Origin: an uncultured delta proteobacterium
GTDB lineage: Bacteria; Desulfobacterota; Binatia; Binatales; Binataceae
NCBI GenBank assembly: GCA_963724765.1
Contig: CAVRVY010000002.1
Span: forward strand, 192,001-256,000
Length of the DNA: 64,000 bases
Reading direction: 5' to 3'
In this document: positions 32,837 to 43,762 of the stretch, in pieces
Layout of the letters: each line of letters starts with the position of its first letter
Numbering within the stretch: the first letter of the stretch is position 1
Notes under the pieces: generated by a model
What the model saw: only the letters and a program-made list of their open reading frames with translations
The model's database searches: none
Told to the model about the DNA's origin: nothing
Position numbers and translations under genes: made by a program

Positions 32837-33119
32837 GTCACCATCCCATTCAAACAAAATATTATGAAATGAAATTCTGCTTGATAAAAAATGCAGCTCG
32901 CCCGCTGGTCACCGGCGGCAAGCTGGTCGCCCCGGCAAGCCGGTCGCCGCCGGTTTGACTACCGGCATCTTAACCGCTCACTCCATTATTACAACCCGAC
33001 TGCGGCCAAGCTAAAGCGTGCACGGCGGCTGCGGTGTTCGACTGCCCCGGCGCGCTCATTTATAAGAATCGGATGCGTTCGCGGACACGCGCAATCCCGA
33101 GACCGGCCATTTCATCCCG

Positions 33120-34159
33120 ATGAAATCCGCTGTCGCTGTGGCGCTGATCGGCTTGTTGCTCGTCGGGCCGGTTGTCTCGCGCACGATCGAAGAAGAGATC
33201 GAGATATTTTTCCTCGCGATCGGGCTGCTCACGATGACCCTGGCAGGGGCGTGGCGATGGGAGGTCGCGGGCGCCGCCGCCGAGGTGCCGTTGGCGATCA
33301 CGCTGGCCGTGATCGTCGCCGACGTCGTCTTCGGCCGCGTGCGAGGCTTGATGGATCGCGCGCTTGGATGGATACAGGCGCGGGTCGCGCGCCCGTGGCT
33401 TTGCGCCGGGGCCGTCCTCGTGATCGCTTTGCTGTCCGCGATGCTCAGCGCGATCGTCGCGGCCCTGATGCTGGCCGAGTTGGTCGAACTGATGCGCCTG
33501 GGGCCGCGCGCGCGAGCGCGGGTCACGGTCGCCGGATGTTTTGCGATAGGGCTGGGCTCCTCGCTGACGCCGCTGGGCGGACCGCTTTCGACGCTAGCCG
33601 CAAGCGGTCTGGGGATGGGCTTCGGCGGGCTGTTCGCGATGCTCGCGCCATACGTGCTGCCGGGGATGCTGGCCTGTGCGATCGTTGCCGGGTTTTTTGC
33701 AACCAGCGACGACGGTGCAGGCGCGAGCGCCGCCGCGGCAGCGCTGACGCTGGTGCTCATCCGCGAGTCAGTCGTCCGCGCCCTCATCCGCGGGCTTAAA
33801 ATCTATGTTTTCATCGCTGGCCTGGTGCTGGTCGGCGATGCCTTTGCTCCACTGGCGACGCGCTATGTGCCGATGCTTGGTCATTCGGCGCTCTACTGGG
33901 CCAACACGATTTCGGCCGCGATGGACAACGCGACGCTGGCCGCGCTGGAGGTCCATGCGATGGACCCGGCGCGGGCGCGCGAAGCGATAATTGCGCTGCT
34001 GGTGGCGGGCGGGATGCTCATCCCGGGCAACATCCCGAACATTGTCGCTGCCGGCGCGGCGCGCTGTGGATCGGCGCCGGCGAGTGGGCGAAAGTCGGCA
34101 TCCCGATGGGCCTCGCCCTGCTTGGCATCTACTTTGCGTTGCTGGGAGCCGCAAGATGA
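33120..34159 (+). pseudogene. DUF1646-family membrane protein with a frameshift near the C-terminus
   Basis: GSSLTPLGGPLST, DNATLAA, GGMLIPGNIPNI; the expected last TM helix (EWAKVGIPMGLALLGIYFALL, stop 34157-34159) lies in another frame after a GGCGC duplication at 34053-34062. Confidence 0.72.
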
Positions 34160-34496
34160 AACGTGCGGCGCCGCGGTTCGTGAACGGCTGACTTTCCTTG
34201 CGAAACGCAGGCAGCTTGCAATGCCGTGCAACATCGCGGACCGCGGCGGAGCCCTCGCGGTCGGCATGGTGCTGCCTAAAAAGGCGTCAAAGCGAATGGA
34301 CCATGGGCGTTTGCGTTAGGCGAATTTTCGTGACACAAAGCGTGGGATGCCGCTCTGCCGGGATTGCAGGGCACCGCTCGCCCGGCGGATTTGGAAATGG
34401 TGCTCGATCCCACGAAAATGAAACGCGGGCGGTTTTTATCTTAAGCGGAAATATGGGATTGCCGCCCCTAAAGCGGCCAGGAGGGTTACGCGTTCG

Positions 34497-35909
34497 ATGA
34501 CTCCCAAACAAATTCTCCAGATGATCAAGGACAAGGGCGCCACGTCCGTGGACCTGAAGTTCATGGACCTGCTGGGGCAGTGGCAGCACTTCAGCGTGCC
34601 GATCAGTGAATTCCAGGACGAATCGCCGTTCGATGAGGGACTGGGATTCGACGGGTCGTCGATTCGCGGATGGCAGTCGATCGACAACAGCGACATGCTA
34701 GTCATCCCCGACCCCAAAAGCGCGGTGATGGAGCCCTTCACCAAAGAGCCCACGCTCACCATGATCTGTGACATCTCCGACCCGATTACCCGCGCCGACT
34801 ACTCGCGCGACCCGCGCAACGTCGCGCGCAAGGCCGAGGCCTACCTGAAGTCGACCGGTATCGGGGACACCGCCTATTTCGGTCCCGAGCCCGAGTTCTT
34901 CATCTTCAACGGCATCCGCTACGACAGCAACCAGCAATCGAGCTACTACTACATCGAGTCCGACGAAGGTATCTGGAACAGCGGGCGCGAGGGCACCAAC
35001 CTCGGCTACAAGCCGCGCTACAAAGAAGGCTACTTTCCGGTTCCGCCCAACGACAGCCTGCAGGACATCCGCGCCGAGATGGTGCGCGAGATGGAGCGCG
35101 TCGGCATCCGGGTCGAAAAGCAGCATCACGAAGTCGCCACCGCCGGCCAGGCCGAAATCGACATGCGCTTTCAGTCGCTGGTGAAAATGGCCGACTGGCT
35201 CACCTGGTACAAGTACATCTGCAAGAATGTCGCGATCCGTCACGGTATGACGGTAACTTTCATGCCCAAGCCGATCTTCGGCGACAATGGCTCTGGCATG
35301 CATACCCATCAGAGCATCTGGAAGGGCGAGACCCCGCTGTTCGCGGGCTCCGGTTATGCCGGAATTTCGGAGCTGGCGCTGCACTACATCGCCGGCATCC
35401 TGCATCATGCGCCGGCGCTGGCGGCCTTCACCAATCCGGGTACCAATTCGTATCGCCGCCTGGTGCCCGGTTTCGAGGCACCAATCAATCTGGCTTACTC
35501 CAGCCGCAACCGCTCGGCCGCCGTGCGCATCCCGATGTATTCGCCGTCGCCCAAGGCCAAGCGGATCGAGGTGCGTTTCCCCGACCCGACCTGTAATCCG
35601 TACCTCGCGTTCTCGGCGATGCTGATGGCGGGGCTCGACGGCATCCAGCGCCGGCTCGATCCGGGCCAGCCGCTGGACAAGGACATCTACGCGCTGACTC
35701 CGGCCGAACTGGCCGAGGTGCCCAACATGCCGCCGTCGTTGGAGGCCGCGCTTGACAATCTCAAGCGTAGCCATGAATTCCTGCTCAAGGGTGACGTCTT
35801 CACCGAAGACCTGATCGAGACCTGGATCGACTACAAGATGTCGAAAGAGGTCAGCCAGACGCGTCTGCGGCCTCATCCGTACGAGTTTGCGCTGTACTAC
35901 GACGCCTGA
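34497..35909 (+). CDS. glnA: Glutamine synthetase type I
   Basis: [47 protein letters not shown]. Confidence 0.98.
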   Translation: MTPKQILQMIKDKGATSVDLKFMDLLGQWQHFSVPISEFQDESPFDEGLGFDGSSIRGWQSIDNSDMLVIPDPKSAVMEPFTKEPTLTMICDISDPITRADYSRDPRNVARKAEAYLKSTGIGDTAYFGPEPEFFIFNGIRYDSNQQSSYYYIESDEGIWNSGREGTNLGYKPRYKEGYFPVPPNDSLQDIRAEMVREMERVGIRVEKQHHEVATAGQAEIDMRFQSLVKMADWLTWYKYICKNVAIRHGMTVTFMPKPIFGDNGSGMHTHQSIWKGETPLFAGSGYAGISELALHYIAGILHHAPALAAFTNPGTNSYRRLVPGFEAPINLAYSSRNRSAAVRIPMYSPSPKAKRIEVRFPDPTCNPYLAFSAMLMAGLDGIQRRLDPGQPLDKDIYALTPAELAEVPNMPPSLEAALDNLKRSHEFLLKGDVFTEDLIETWIDYKMSKEVSQTRLRPHPYEFALYYDA

Positions 35910-35973
35910 GCGCACGGTAACCGCGTAGCGCACGCGGCCACGCGGCGCTCGCGGCGAATCGATTGTGAAAGGA

Positions 35974-36007
35974 GCGGCGGACTATCGGTCCGCCGCCCCT
36001 TTTTTTC
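35974..36007 (+). terminator. Rho-independent terminator of glnA
   Basis: GCGGCGGAC-tatcg-GTCCGCCGC followed by CCC and a T-run. Confidence 0.75.
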
Positions 36008-36136
36008 GTTTCCTGCGCGAGGCGCGCCGGACACAATCGAACTGGCGTGTTGCGCGCTCGTCGCTGATGATGGTTTGATCTGCAAGACGGCCTGCGCCCC
36101 GCGTAGAAGGGCGCGGGCCGTGCGGTAGAACCCTCG

Positions 36137-38512
36137 ATGCGTTCAACGAAGCAACCAGCCAGCGCTTCCCCGAGCGCCGCCGCGCCCGCCCGCCGGGCGG
36201 GCGCGGCGGCGCTCGGGCTCGCGCTGATGGTTTGCATCAGCGCAGGTGCGCCGCGGCGTGGGTGGGCGGCGGCGGAGAATCCGCCGCCGCCCACCCACGC
36301 CGCGAGCGCGGCGGCGGCGCCGAGCATCGCCGCGCACCCGGGCGCGGCGGCGTCGGTCGCGGTCGACGCGCACGCCGGGGCGCCGAGCGCCGCGGCGGCG
36401 GCGGAGCCGAGCCGGGCCGCGCAACCGCAGCCTACCGCATCGGCGCAACCCGATGAGCGCGCCGGCGTGATCAACTTTCTCGGGGAGGCAATCGCATGGT
36501 ACCAGCAGCTTTCCGCCGAGGAGCGCTTCGGGGCGGAGCCGGCCGAGATGCTGTTTGTCAACGACGACCGCCAGACCGCGCTCGAGGTGCTGAAGCTCGC
36601 CTTTCAGTACGCGCGCGCGACGGCCGCGCTGCTGAAATCGGAGAAGGCTCCTGTAGCGCAGCCACCGCGCAAGGGAAGCGCGGCCGGCGCGCCGGCGAAG
36701 AGCGAGACGGCCGCGTTGTCCGGTCTTGCCGGCCTGGTGGCTAGAGCCCAGCAGCAAGAGCAGAGCCTCGACCAGCTCAAGCAGCAGGCCGAGCAGCTCA
36801 AGGCCGCGAGCGCCGCCGCCAAAGCCGCACAGAGCACCCAGCTCGCGCGCCAGCTTGCAATCGTCCAGAGTCAGATCGAACTCGCCCAGGCAACCCTGGA
36901 TTCCTACAACGCGCTCATCCAGTTCGAGAACACGACGGCGATAGCCGGCACTCAGGGCACCGGGCTCTTGAGCCAGATCGACGCGCTCGAGCGTAGCGTG
37001 CCGCAGTTGAACGCGCCGGCCAAAGGATCTGCGCCGGGGCCGCCGCAGGGAGGGTTGCCCGCGGGGGCGGCGGCGGCGACGACGGTCAAGGCCGACGAGT
37101 CCGCGCCCGCGCCGGATAACGGCTTGCTGGGCACGATCGAGGCGTTGATCGGGCTGGGAAAGGAACGGAGCGCATTGGCTGACCGGCTCGGCGACACCCG
37201 CCGTCTGTCGGGGTTGAGCGTTGCCGCGCGCGCGCCGCTAATTGCGCGCCTGCACGAGCTCAGCGCGCGCGCCGACACGCTGGCGGCCGAGCCCGTCGGT
37301 GACTCGCTGGCCGCCAACCTCGCGCGCAAGCAGCAGTTCGGCGATCTGATCAAGCGCCACAAAATGATCACCGACGCGCTGGTGCCGCTTGCCAAGCAGA
37401 GCGTGCTCCTGCAGGTATACACCGCGAGTCTCCAGCAATGGCGAAGCACGCTCGATCAACGCTCAGACAGCCAGTTCCGCCGCCTCATCCTTCGGCTCGC
37501 CGCGCTTGGCGTAGTCCTGCTGGCGATTTTCATCGGCGCCTTCATCTGGCGCAGGCTCACTTTCCGCTACGTGCAGGACCTGCGCCGCCGCCGCCAGCTG
37601 CTCCAGTTGCGCAAGCTGACGGTGGCGCTGGTCGTGATCCTGGTGCTGTTATTCGACTTCGCCAGCCAATTGGGGACGCTGGCGACCGTGATGGGGTTGG
37701 CGGCGGCCGGTGTCGCCCTCGCGCTGCAGAACGTGATCCTTTCGTTTGCCGGCTACTTCTTCGTCACCGGCCGCTACGGCATCCGGGTCGGCGACCGCAT
37801 TCAGATTGCCGGCATCAGCGGCGACGTGATCGACATCGGGCTGTTCAAGCTGGCGCTGATGGAGCTGGCGGGCGACGGCAACTCGCGCCAGCCCACCGGG
37901 CGGGTGGTGGTTTTTCCCAACTCGATCGTTTTCCAGACCAACGGCAACTTCTTCAAGCAGGCGCCGGGCACCAGCTTCGTGTGGAACGAGTTCCGCCTCA
38001 CTCTGGCGCCAGACTGCGATTACCGCCTGGCCGAGAAGCGCTTGCTCGAGGTGGTCGAGGATGTCTACGCGCGCTACCGCGACACCGTTCAGCGTCAGTA
38101 CGGCGATCTCGAGCGCGACCTCAGCATGAAGTTAGAGTCCCCGCACCCGCAGAGCCGGTTGCGCCTGGGCTCCAGCGGTATCGAGCTGGCGATTCGTTAT
38201 CCGGTCGACGCGCGCTACGCGGTGCAGGTGGCCGACGAGATTTCGCGCCGCGCGCTCGACGCGATCGCACAGGAACCCGCGCTCTCGCTGGCGATGCCCG
38301 GTACGCCAAACCTGACGCCTCTGGCGCCGCCGCCGGCGACCGAGGTTGCGCATCCCTCCTCGGCCGGCGCCGGGGCCGATGGACGCAACGCGACGAGCGA
38401 GTCCGAAAGCGGGTCCGCAGACACGATGGTGCCTGCGGCCGCCGAAGTGGTAGTCGAGCCGCCGGCGAAGGATCCTCCAGTGCCCGAGCCACGCCCGCCG
38501 GCCAAGAGCTGA
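36137..38512 (+). CDS. MscS-family mechanosensitive channel with long N-terminal coiled-coil region
   Basis: GLAAAGVALALQ, IRVGDRIQI.G..GDVIDIGLF, V.FPNS; Ala/Gln-rich N-terminus. Confidence 0.85.
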   Translation: MRSTKQPASASPSAAAPARRAGAAALGLALMVCISAGAPRRGWAAAENPPPPTHAASAAAAPSIAAHPGAAASVAVDAHAGAPSAAAAAEPSRAAQPQPTASAQPDERAGVINFLGEAIAWYQQLSAEERFGAEPAEMLFVNDDRQTALEVLKLAFQYARATAALLKSEKAPVAQPPRKGSAAGAPAKSETAALSGLAGLVARAQQQEQSLDQLKQQAEQLKAASAAAKAAQSTQLARQLAIVQSQIELAQATLDSYNALIQFENTTAIAGTQGTGLLSQIDALERSVPQLNAPAKGSAPGPPQGGLPAGAAAATTVKADESAPAPDNGLLGTIEALIGLGKERSALADRLGDTRRLSGLSVAARAPLIARLHELSARADTLAAEPVGDSLAANLARKQQFGDLIKRHKMITDALVPLAKQSVLLQVYTASLQQWRSTLDQRSDSQFRRLILRLAALGVVLLAIFIGAFIWRRLTFRYVQDLRRRRQLLQLRKLTVALVVILVLLFDFASQLGTLATVMGLAAAGVALALQNVILSFAGYFFVTGRYGIRVGDRIQIAGISGDVIDIGLFKLALMELAGDGNSRQPTGRVVVFPNSIVFQTNGNFFKQAPGTSFVWNEFRLTLAPDCDYRLAEKRLLEVVEDVYARYRDTVQRQYGDLERDLSMKLESPHPQSRLRLGSSGIELAIRYPVDARYAVQVADEISRRALDAIAQEPALSLAMPGTPNLTPLAPPPATEVAHPSSAGAGADGRNATSESESGSADTMVPAAAEVVVEPPAKDPPVPEPRPPAKS

Positions 38513-38872
38513 CCAAACGGCCGTGCGCCGTTGAATCGAATCGAAGTCAACGCCGAAGTTACGGCGAGGATGACGGCCGCGGGGGCTCGGCGGCCAAAGC
38601 GGCGCCGTCGTCTTCACAGCTTAACTATTATGATCGAAGAAAAAGATCAGAGTAGGTGAATTTATTATGAAACCACCGATAGTCAGTGTAGTCAGCAATC
38701 AGCAACCATCGCCGCCGCCGCTCTAGCAGCGCCATAAAAGCCATCACTCCCAGCCTGTTCGAGTCGGCTTTTACAGCTTCTCTTTATTATTTGTTTGCGT
38801 ACAGATAAATTCCACTCGTCCGTCGGCGCGAAAATTATACATACTTGCTTCCGTGCGTGGGATATTCAGAAA

Positions 38873-40405
38873 ATGAAGCGGTGTTCGGCGCGAGCCTCCC
38901 TGTTATGTCTTTGGTTCGGATTGGAAGTGGTATTGATCGAGGTTTTCGGTATTCCGTTCGGCTTGAACTTTGACATGTGGGCCTTCATGGATGCGGGCGG
39001 GAACCTCACGGCACAGTACCTTGTTCAGCAAGGCTATCGGCCGGTGATCGATTTCGGTTATCACTACGGTCTGTTGCCATTGCTGGTTTGTCATTTGTGG
39101 TTCAGCGTCGCGGGAGCAACTCCGGTCGCCTGCATTATTCTGGTTTCCATGCTTAATCTTTCGATCGGCTGGGCGTTTGCCCGGCTTGCGTTGAACCTCA
39201 GGCTTACGGCATGCGGTTTTTTCCTTCTGTCGGTCTCGATGCCATACGCCGTGCAGGCAAATTACCCGAATATCGCGCATGCACTCGAAGCCGCACTGCT
39301 CGCCAACGCTCTGGCTGAACAGGCTGCCGGCAGACGCGCGGCTTCGCTTGCCTTGGCTGCGGCAGCATGTTTCACGAAACCCAGCATGGGATATTTTTAT
39401 GGAGCCTTGCTGCTGGGGTTTGTCGTTCTGGATTTTGCCTCGCGCTCCCGGCTGAACTTGAATGCTTTGCGGCGTCTGCTTGCTCCGGCGCTGATAACGG
39501 CTTTGGCCTTGGGCGCGATCCTGGGCTTGGTGTATGGCCGTGTGCCGCTTTCGCGGACCCTTTTGCCGACCGTCGGAATGAAAGCCTACAAGGTGCAGCA
39601 CTATGGCTTTTTCGCGGCCGGTAGCCATTTCTGGCACTTCCCGGGAGTCCATATCGGCTACTACGCCGGCACTGTGGCCGGATTCTGGGTTTTAGGTACC
39701 GTCTGGCTCATAGCCAACGGAGCTACGGCACTCTGGCGCATATTTAGCGAGCCGTGGGGCGACACCGGGATCCGTAAAGATAGTGAAATAGTACTGTCGT
39801 GCGCTGCGATGCATCTCGCATTCGTGCTGTTCTTTTTCGGCAATCCTTTTTCCTGGTTTTACTACTCCTATGTGCTGGTTTTTGGTATCGCAGCGACCAG
39901 CGCAGGGCAGACTACGACGCGACACGTCGTCGTCTGGGGCTTGGCCCTGATAGCATTGGTTGGAGAGAAGACCTACCTGTATGATTCAACAACGCGCTGG
40001 CTTGCTAGCGCGCCCGAACCGGCCACGGCCGAACTTTGGGCGCCCGCGGATGAGCGTGCGGAGTGGCAAAAGGTCGTGGCGCTGATCAAGGGTGTCAATT
40101 CCCATGATCATAGTGCGGCGCTGCTCGCCAGGACGGGTTGTGCGGAGCTTTTATTCCCGGAATTTCGGTCACCGGTCTCACTGTTTCTCGACCCGGGGCT
40201 CGCGACCGAAGCGGAAATAATGCGTAAGCGCGCGCAAGTACAGCACGCGTCGACGATTGTGATACGTGCAGGATTTCTGAATTACACCTTCGAATCCGAT
40301 CTTGCCTCGCGCACGCTGATCTTTCATGGAAAGTTCTTTGACGTTTATCGTAAAGACCGGCCGGGCTGTTGTCAGCCGCAGCCGTCCTTCACCACCCGTC
40401 GGTAA
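38873..40405 (+). CDS. Polytopic membrane protein, possibly a GT-C-type glycosyltransferase (lower GC)
   Basis: About 10 hydrophobic segments; early D.G..L...G..P..DF.Y.YG loop; KP after a TM; convergent with the phage operon. Confidence 0.55.
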   Translation: MKRCSARASLLCLWFGLEVVLIEVFGIPFGLNFDMWAFMDAGGNLTAQYLVQQGYRPVIDFGYHYGLLPLLVCHLWFSVAGATPVACIILVSMLNLSIGWAFARLALNLRLTACGFFLLSVSMPYAVQANYPNIAHALEAALLANALAEQAAGRRAASLALAAAACFTKPSMGYFYGALLLGFVVLDFASRSRLNLNALRRLLAPALITALALGAILGLVYGRVPLSRTLLPTVGMKAYKVQHYGFFAAGSHFWHFPGVHIGYYAGTVAGFWVLGTVWLIANGATALWRIFSEPWGDTGIRKDSEIVLSCAAMHLAFVLFFFGNPFSWFYYSYVLVFGIAATSAGQTTTRHVVVWGLALIALVGEKTYLYDSTTRWLASAPEPATAELWAPADERAEWQKVVALIKGVNSHDHSAALLARTGCAELLFPEFRSPVSLFLDPGLATEAEIMRKRAQVQHASTIVIRAGFLNYTFESDLASRTLIFHGKFFDVYRKDRPGCCQPQPSFTTRR

Positions 40406-40466
40406 CTTCGCAAGCCTCACCAGTCTACCTCGCGCACGTGCAAGACTTTGCGCCGCGCGGCGGCTG

Positions 40467-43169
40467 CTATGGAACACAGACCCAGATGTTGTTCAGCCCG
40501 TTAACCCACGCTCCGGTCTTGGCGCCCGCGCTCGTACAAGCCACCGGCGGATTCGCTGGCGGGTCGCAATCGACGCAGTAGCGACGCGCGCCGTTCGTCA
40601 CGCTGCCCGGCAGGTCGGCAAACTTCACGCCCAAGTCCTGGCCGCCCAGGCTTTCGTTCAGCCACCATGACTTTCCCGCGTTAGTGGGAGCGAGACCGCT
40701 GGCCTGGATCACGTCGCGCACCTCGACCGGCGACGATGGAGCGGCGATCACGTCGAGCAGCTCGGCCGGACTTCCGCCGCTGAACAGAGTACCTTTGACT
40801 AAGAATGGCGCGCCGCCGCTGATTGCGAGATAGGCGTTGCCGGTCGCGCCGCTGGTCAGTTGGCCGCCGTTGATGACGATCGGCGCATAGGCGCCGCCGG
40901 AATAGACGGCCGCAATCTCGTTGGGCGCGTTATCCTCAATGTCCAATTCAGGGCTGTCTAGCAGCGCCTGAGCATCGGAAAAGTATAGGGGCGCGACTGC
41001 GTATCCCCGGTCAGTGAAGTCGGGCATTATATAGTGTCCTGAGCCCGTGACCTGGCCGACGCAGGAGTATTGCCCGTCACACTGCAGATGGTCGTAGAGG
41101 TTGTTGTTCGACTGATTGCCGAAGAAAAACCCGACGCTGGTTAAGGTTTTGGGGACGACTACGCACCAGACGCGCCGCACCGTGTCCTGAAAGTCGTTAT
41201 TCGCGAGGTTGATGCAGGTGCGCCCGGCCGTGCCGTTTTCCGCAATGTTCTCGATCGTCGAGTTCAGCATCCAGGTCGCCCAGATGCCGTTGTCGTTCAG
41301 CGAAAGATTACTGATCGTAACCGGGTTGAGGTCGGCCGCGCCGTTGCTGGTTTCGATCGGGATGAAAGTATTAGCCGAATTGTCTACTACGCCTTCGATC
41401 GTCCCCGTGGGCGTGCCGGTTGGGAAGTTCTCCAGAAAGACCGTGTTCCCGTCGCCAACGAACTTTGCCGTTGGCGCGGTAAAGTGTGACGTATAGCGCG
41501 CAACACTGGAGATGCGGATCGAGTCATAAAAAGCTGGCATCAGTGGGGTGTTATATCCAGAGCCCAGGTAAACGCTCGACCCCTGACTAGCGAGCATGAA
41601 GCTCGAATAGGGCGGAATCGTGAGAGTACCCGAAGCCGACGCCGACCCTACCTGTGTGCCGTCAACAAAAAGCCGCACCGTCGTCCCGTCGTAGCTCAGC
41701 GCGACGTGATGAATCTTATTGATGGTTAGACTGTCGGCGGAACCCGACCCGTTCACCGTGACTATTGAACCACCGATATCTACAGAGGCGTGCAGGCAGT
41801 TGGATGAGCAACCGGAAGGAGCGCCGTTGGTCCCGAACCCGAGAGCGTTAACGCCGGAAGCCTCGGGCTGGTCCTGCGTAATAGTCAGAAAGCTGAAGTT
41901 GTCGTAACCACCACCATCGCTGAAGAACGGCTCAATATAGAACTCGAAGGTGAAGGCGGCGAGGCCATTCAAGCTGGTTTCGAAGTTGGCCGCATTCATG
42001 ATCTCGACAGTCGCGTTGTTCGAGCCATATCCCGCGCCGTTGAAGAACTCGCCATCGGCTACGTCGAGGCTGCCGCCAGTGCCGGTCGCGATTGCCTTAT
42101 TGCCACCAGTCGTCGCCAGCGCCCACACGCACGTTCCGTCGTTGACCGTGTTGGGTTGCGAGGTCGGCCAAACGGGCGTCGAACTCCCCGAAGTGCAGCC
42201 GTTGCCGCTGTTGGAGTAGGTCTGGACTTCGATATTGCCGTTGGAATCAACGATGTCAGAAGTGCCGCCGGTGCCAGATGGATACGAGCCGAAATGATGG
42301 TTCGCCTGCCAGGTGACCGTCACACTGGTGCTGAGTGGTGGCTTCCATCCCGTCTCGGCTTCCTGCGCAATAATCGCCGGGCCATTATAGTTCTGTTTGA
42401 TCTGAGTCTGTTGCCAGCCCGCGCCCTCAAACCTAATCGAACAGTTGATCAGGATCGGCGAGGTCGTCTTGTAGTACAGCCCGCCCGGCGTCGCCGGCAG
42501 ATAGACTTCCGGCTTGTTCGAACCGGATGCGCCGCATGCCGCATTGATCGCCGCCTGGATCGCCGCGGTGTCGTCGGTCGAGCCGTCGCCCTTGGCCAGG
42601 TAGGGCGGAGCCTTGACGTTGATCACGCCGTTGACGTTGCCGTTGATGTTCGCGCTCTCGTCGATCGCGACATATGGCGCCGCCGTTCCATTACTCACTT
42701 GCACGCCGGTGCCGGGCCTGAGCAGCTCGCGCCAGTTCGTGTCACCGGTGTTCTCGGTTTCGACCGGGCCGTTGGCCGCCTGCAGGCTCAGCACACCGAG
42801 GACGTTATGGCCGTTGGCGTTGAGGTCCTGCTCGAGCGCGCCGGCCGCGCAGGCCCAGGCCCCGCGCGAGCCCATCGCCCACGCGCCGGCCCCGCCGGCG
42901 CTGCACGGCGACGTGGCCTGGCAATCCTTGCACCACAACAGCAGTCCGTCCTGCTCCGCGGGCAGGCTCGCGAACGACAGGCCGGCGAACTGCGGCGAGA
43001 TCGGCTCGGCGCCGGATAAGCGCTGATTGATCGCCTGGCGGAAGTTGTAGCCTGCGCCGATGCCGGTGAAGTTCGGAATCGGCTGGTATTGCGCCGCCGC
43101 CGCTCCGGCGATCGCGGCCAGTATCAGGAGTGAGCCGAGGAGCGTTTTCGATAACGATTTATACATCAT
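40467..43169 (-). CDS. Tailspike-like protein: signal peptide + pectate-lyase-3-like start + LamG-like domain + beta-helix
   Basis: INVKAPPYLAKGDGSTDDTAAIQAAINAA; HHVALSYDGTTVRLFVDG...DSIRISSVARY; hydrophobic N-terminus ending AAA-Q. Confidence 0.7.
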   Translation of the reverse strand: MMYKSLSKTLLGSLLILAAIAGAAAAQYQPIPNFTGIGAGYNFRQAINQRLSGAEPISPQFAGLSFASLPAEQDGLLLWCKDCQATSPCSAGGAGAWAMGSRGAWACAAGALEQDLNANGHNVLGVLSLQAANGPVETENTGDTNWRELLRPGTGVQVSNGTAAPYVAIDESANINGNVNGVINVKAPPYLAKGDGSTDDTAAIQAAINAACGASGSNKPEVYLPATPGGLYYKTTSPILINCSIRFEGAGWQQTQIKQNYNGPAIIAQEAETGWKPPLSTSVTVTWQANHHFGSYPSGTGGTSDIVDSNGNIEVQTYSNSGNGCTSGSSTPVWPTSQPNTVNDGTCVWALATTGGNKAIATGTGGSLDVADGEFFNGAGYGSNNATVEIMNAANFETSLNGLAAFTFEFYIEPFFSDGGGYDNFSFLTITQDQPEASGVNALGFGTNGAPSGCSSNCLHASVDIGGSIVTVNGSGSADSLTINKIHHVALSYDGTTVRLFVDGTQVGSASASGTLTIPPYSSFMLASQGSSVYLGSGYNTPLMPAFYDSIRISSVARYTSHFTAPTAKFVGDGNTVFLENFPTGTPTGTIEGVVDNSANTFIPIETSNGAADLNPVTISNLSLNDNGIWATWMLNSTIENIAENGTAGRTCINLANNDFQDTVRRVWCVVVPKTLTSVGFFFGNQSNNNLYDHLQCDGQYSCVGQVTGSGHYIMPDFTDRGYAVAPLYFSDAQALLDSPELDIEDNAPNEIAAVYSGGAYAPIVINGGQLTSGATGNAYLAISGGAPFLVKGTLFSGGSPAELLDVIAAPSSPVEVRDVIQASGLAPTNAGKSWWLNESLGGQDLGVKFADLPGSVTNGARRYCVDCDPPANPPVACTSAGAKTGAWVNGLNNIWVCVP

Positions 43170-43178
43170 GTGAATCCG

Positions 43179-43757
43179 TCAAAATCCGATTGCCAGCCAG
43201 GAGAACCCGTTACTCTGCTCGCTTACCAGACCAGCGCGCTGCATCAGGACTCCCGGAACGTCGAGCACGAAGGTCGCGCCGGACGCGCTGTAGCTGATAA
43301 CTGACGCCGCGGTATTGCCGCCTCCGGTGCTATAATAGACATTAGTCGCCAGCGGCGGCAGCAGGATTGCGTTGGGAAACGGGATCGGCCAGGTTACCGT
43401 GAATTGCGTGTCGTTGGGAATGCTCTCTTGAGCCAGTGCGTAGTAGCCCCACTGGATAATCGCGATCGATGAACCGCGGCTCACGTCGGTCAGCGGAATT
43501 TTCAGATAGCCCGCGGTCTTGAGCGACCCGGTGAAGCCGGCGACGAAGCTTTGCAGGGCCCCGATGTTCGCGATGTTGGTGTTCTGCCGCCCGTAAAGAA
43601 ACGCTGTGCGGTTGGCGAGTTGTTGATGGGGTTCGTTACTCACTCCGATACCGCTGAAGCTCGCGCCGGTGCCCGCACCCTCGACCGGGTCGGTTTGCTG
43701 AATCTCGTAAATCTCGTTGGCGGTAAATTCCGGACTATCGATAAGCGTGGCCATCAT
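43179..43757 (-). CDS. Short tail fibre protein (gp53-like C-terminal domain)
   Basis: G.SN...QLANRTAFL fibre N-terminus; GYLKIP...IIQWG...VTWPIPFPN...WLAIGF. Confidence 0.75.
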   Translation of the reverse strand: MMATLIDSPEFTANEIYEIQQTDPVEGAGTGASFSGIGVSNEPHQQLANRTAFLYGRQNTNIANIGALQSFVAGFTGSLKTAGYLKIPLTDVSRGSSIAIIQWGYYALAQESIPNDTQFTVTWPIPFPNAILLPPLATNVYYSTGGGNTAASVISYSASGATFVLDVPGVLMQRAGLVSEQSNGFSWLAIGF

Positions 43758-43762
43758 TCACC

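Noticed and set aside
34123-34138. TGGCATCTACTTTGCG matches sigma54 -24/-12 spacing about 360 bp upstream of glnA
   Set aside because: It lies within the true C-terminal coding frame of the DUF1646 gene (LGIYFA), and I saw no convincing NtrC sites; likely coincidental.
40467-43757. DGR or invertase-driven fibre variation
   Set aside because: No reverse transcriptase, invertase or template/variable repeat pair is visible in the window.
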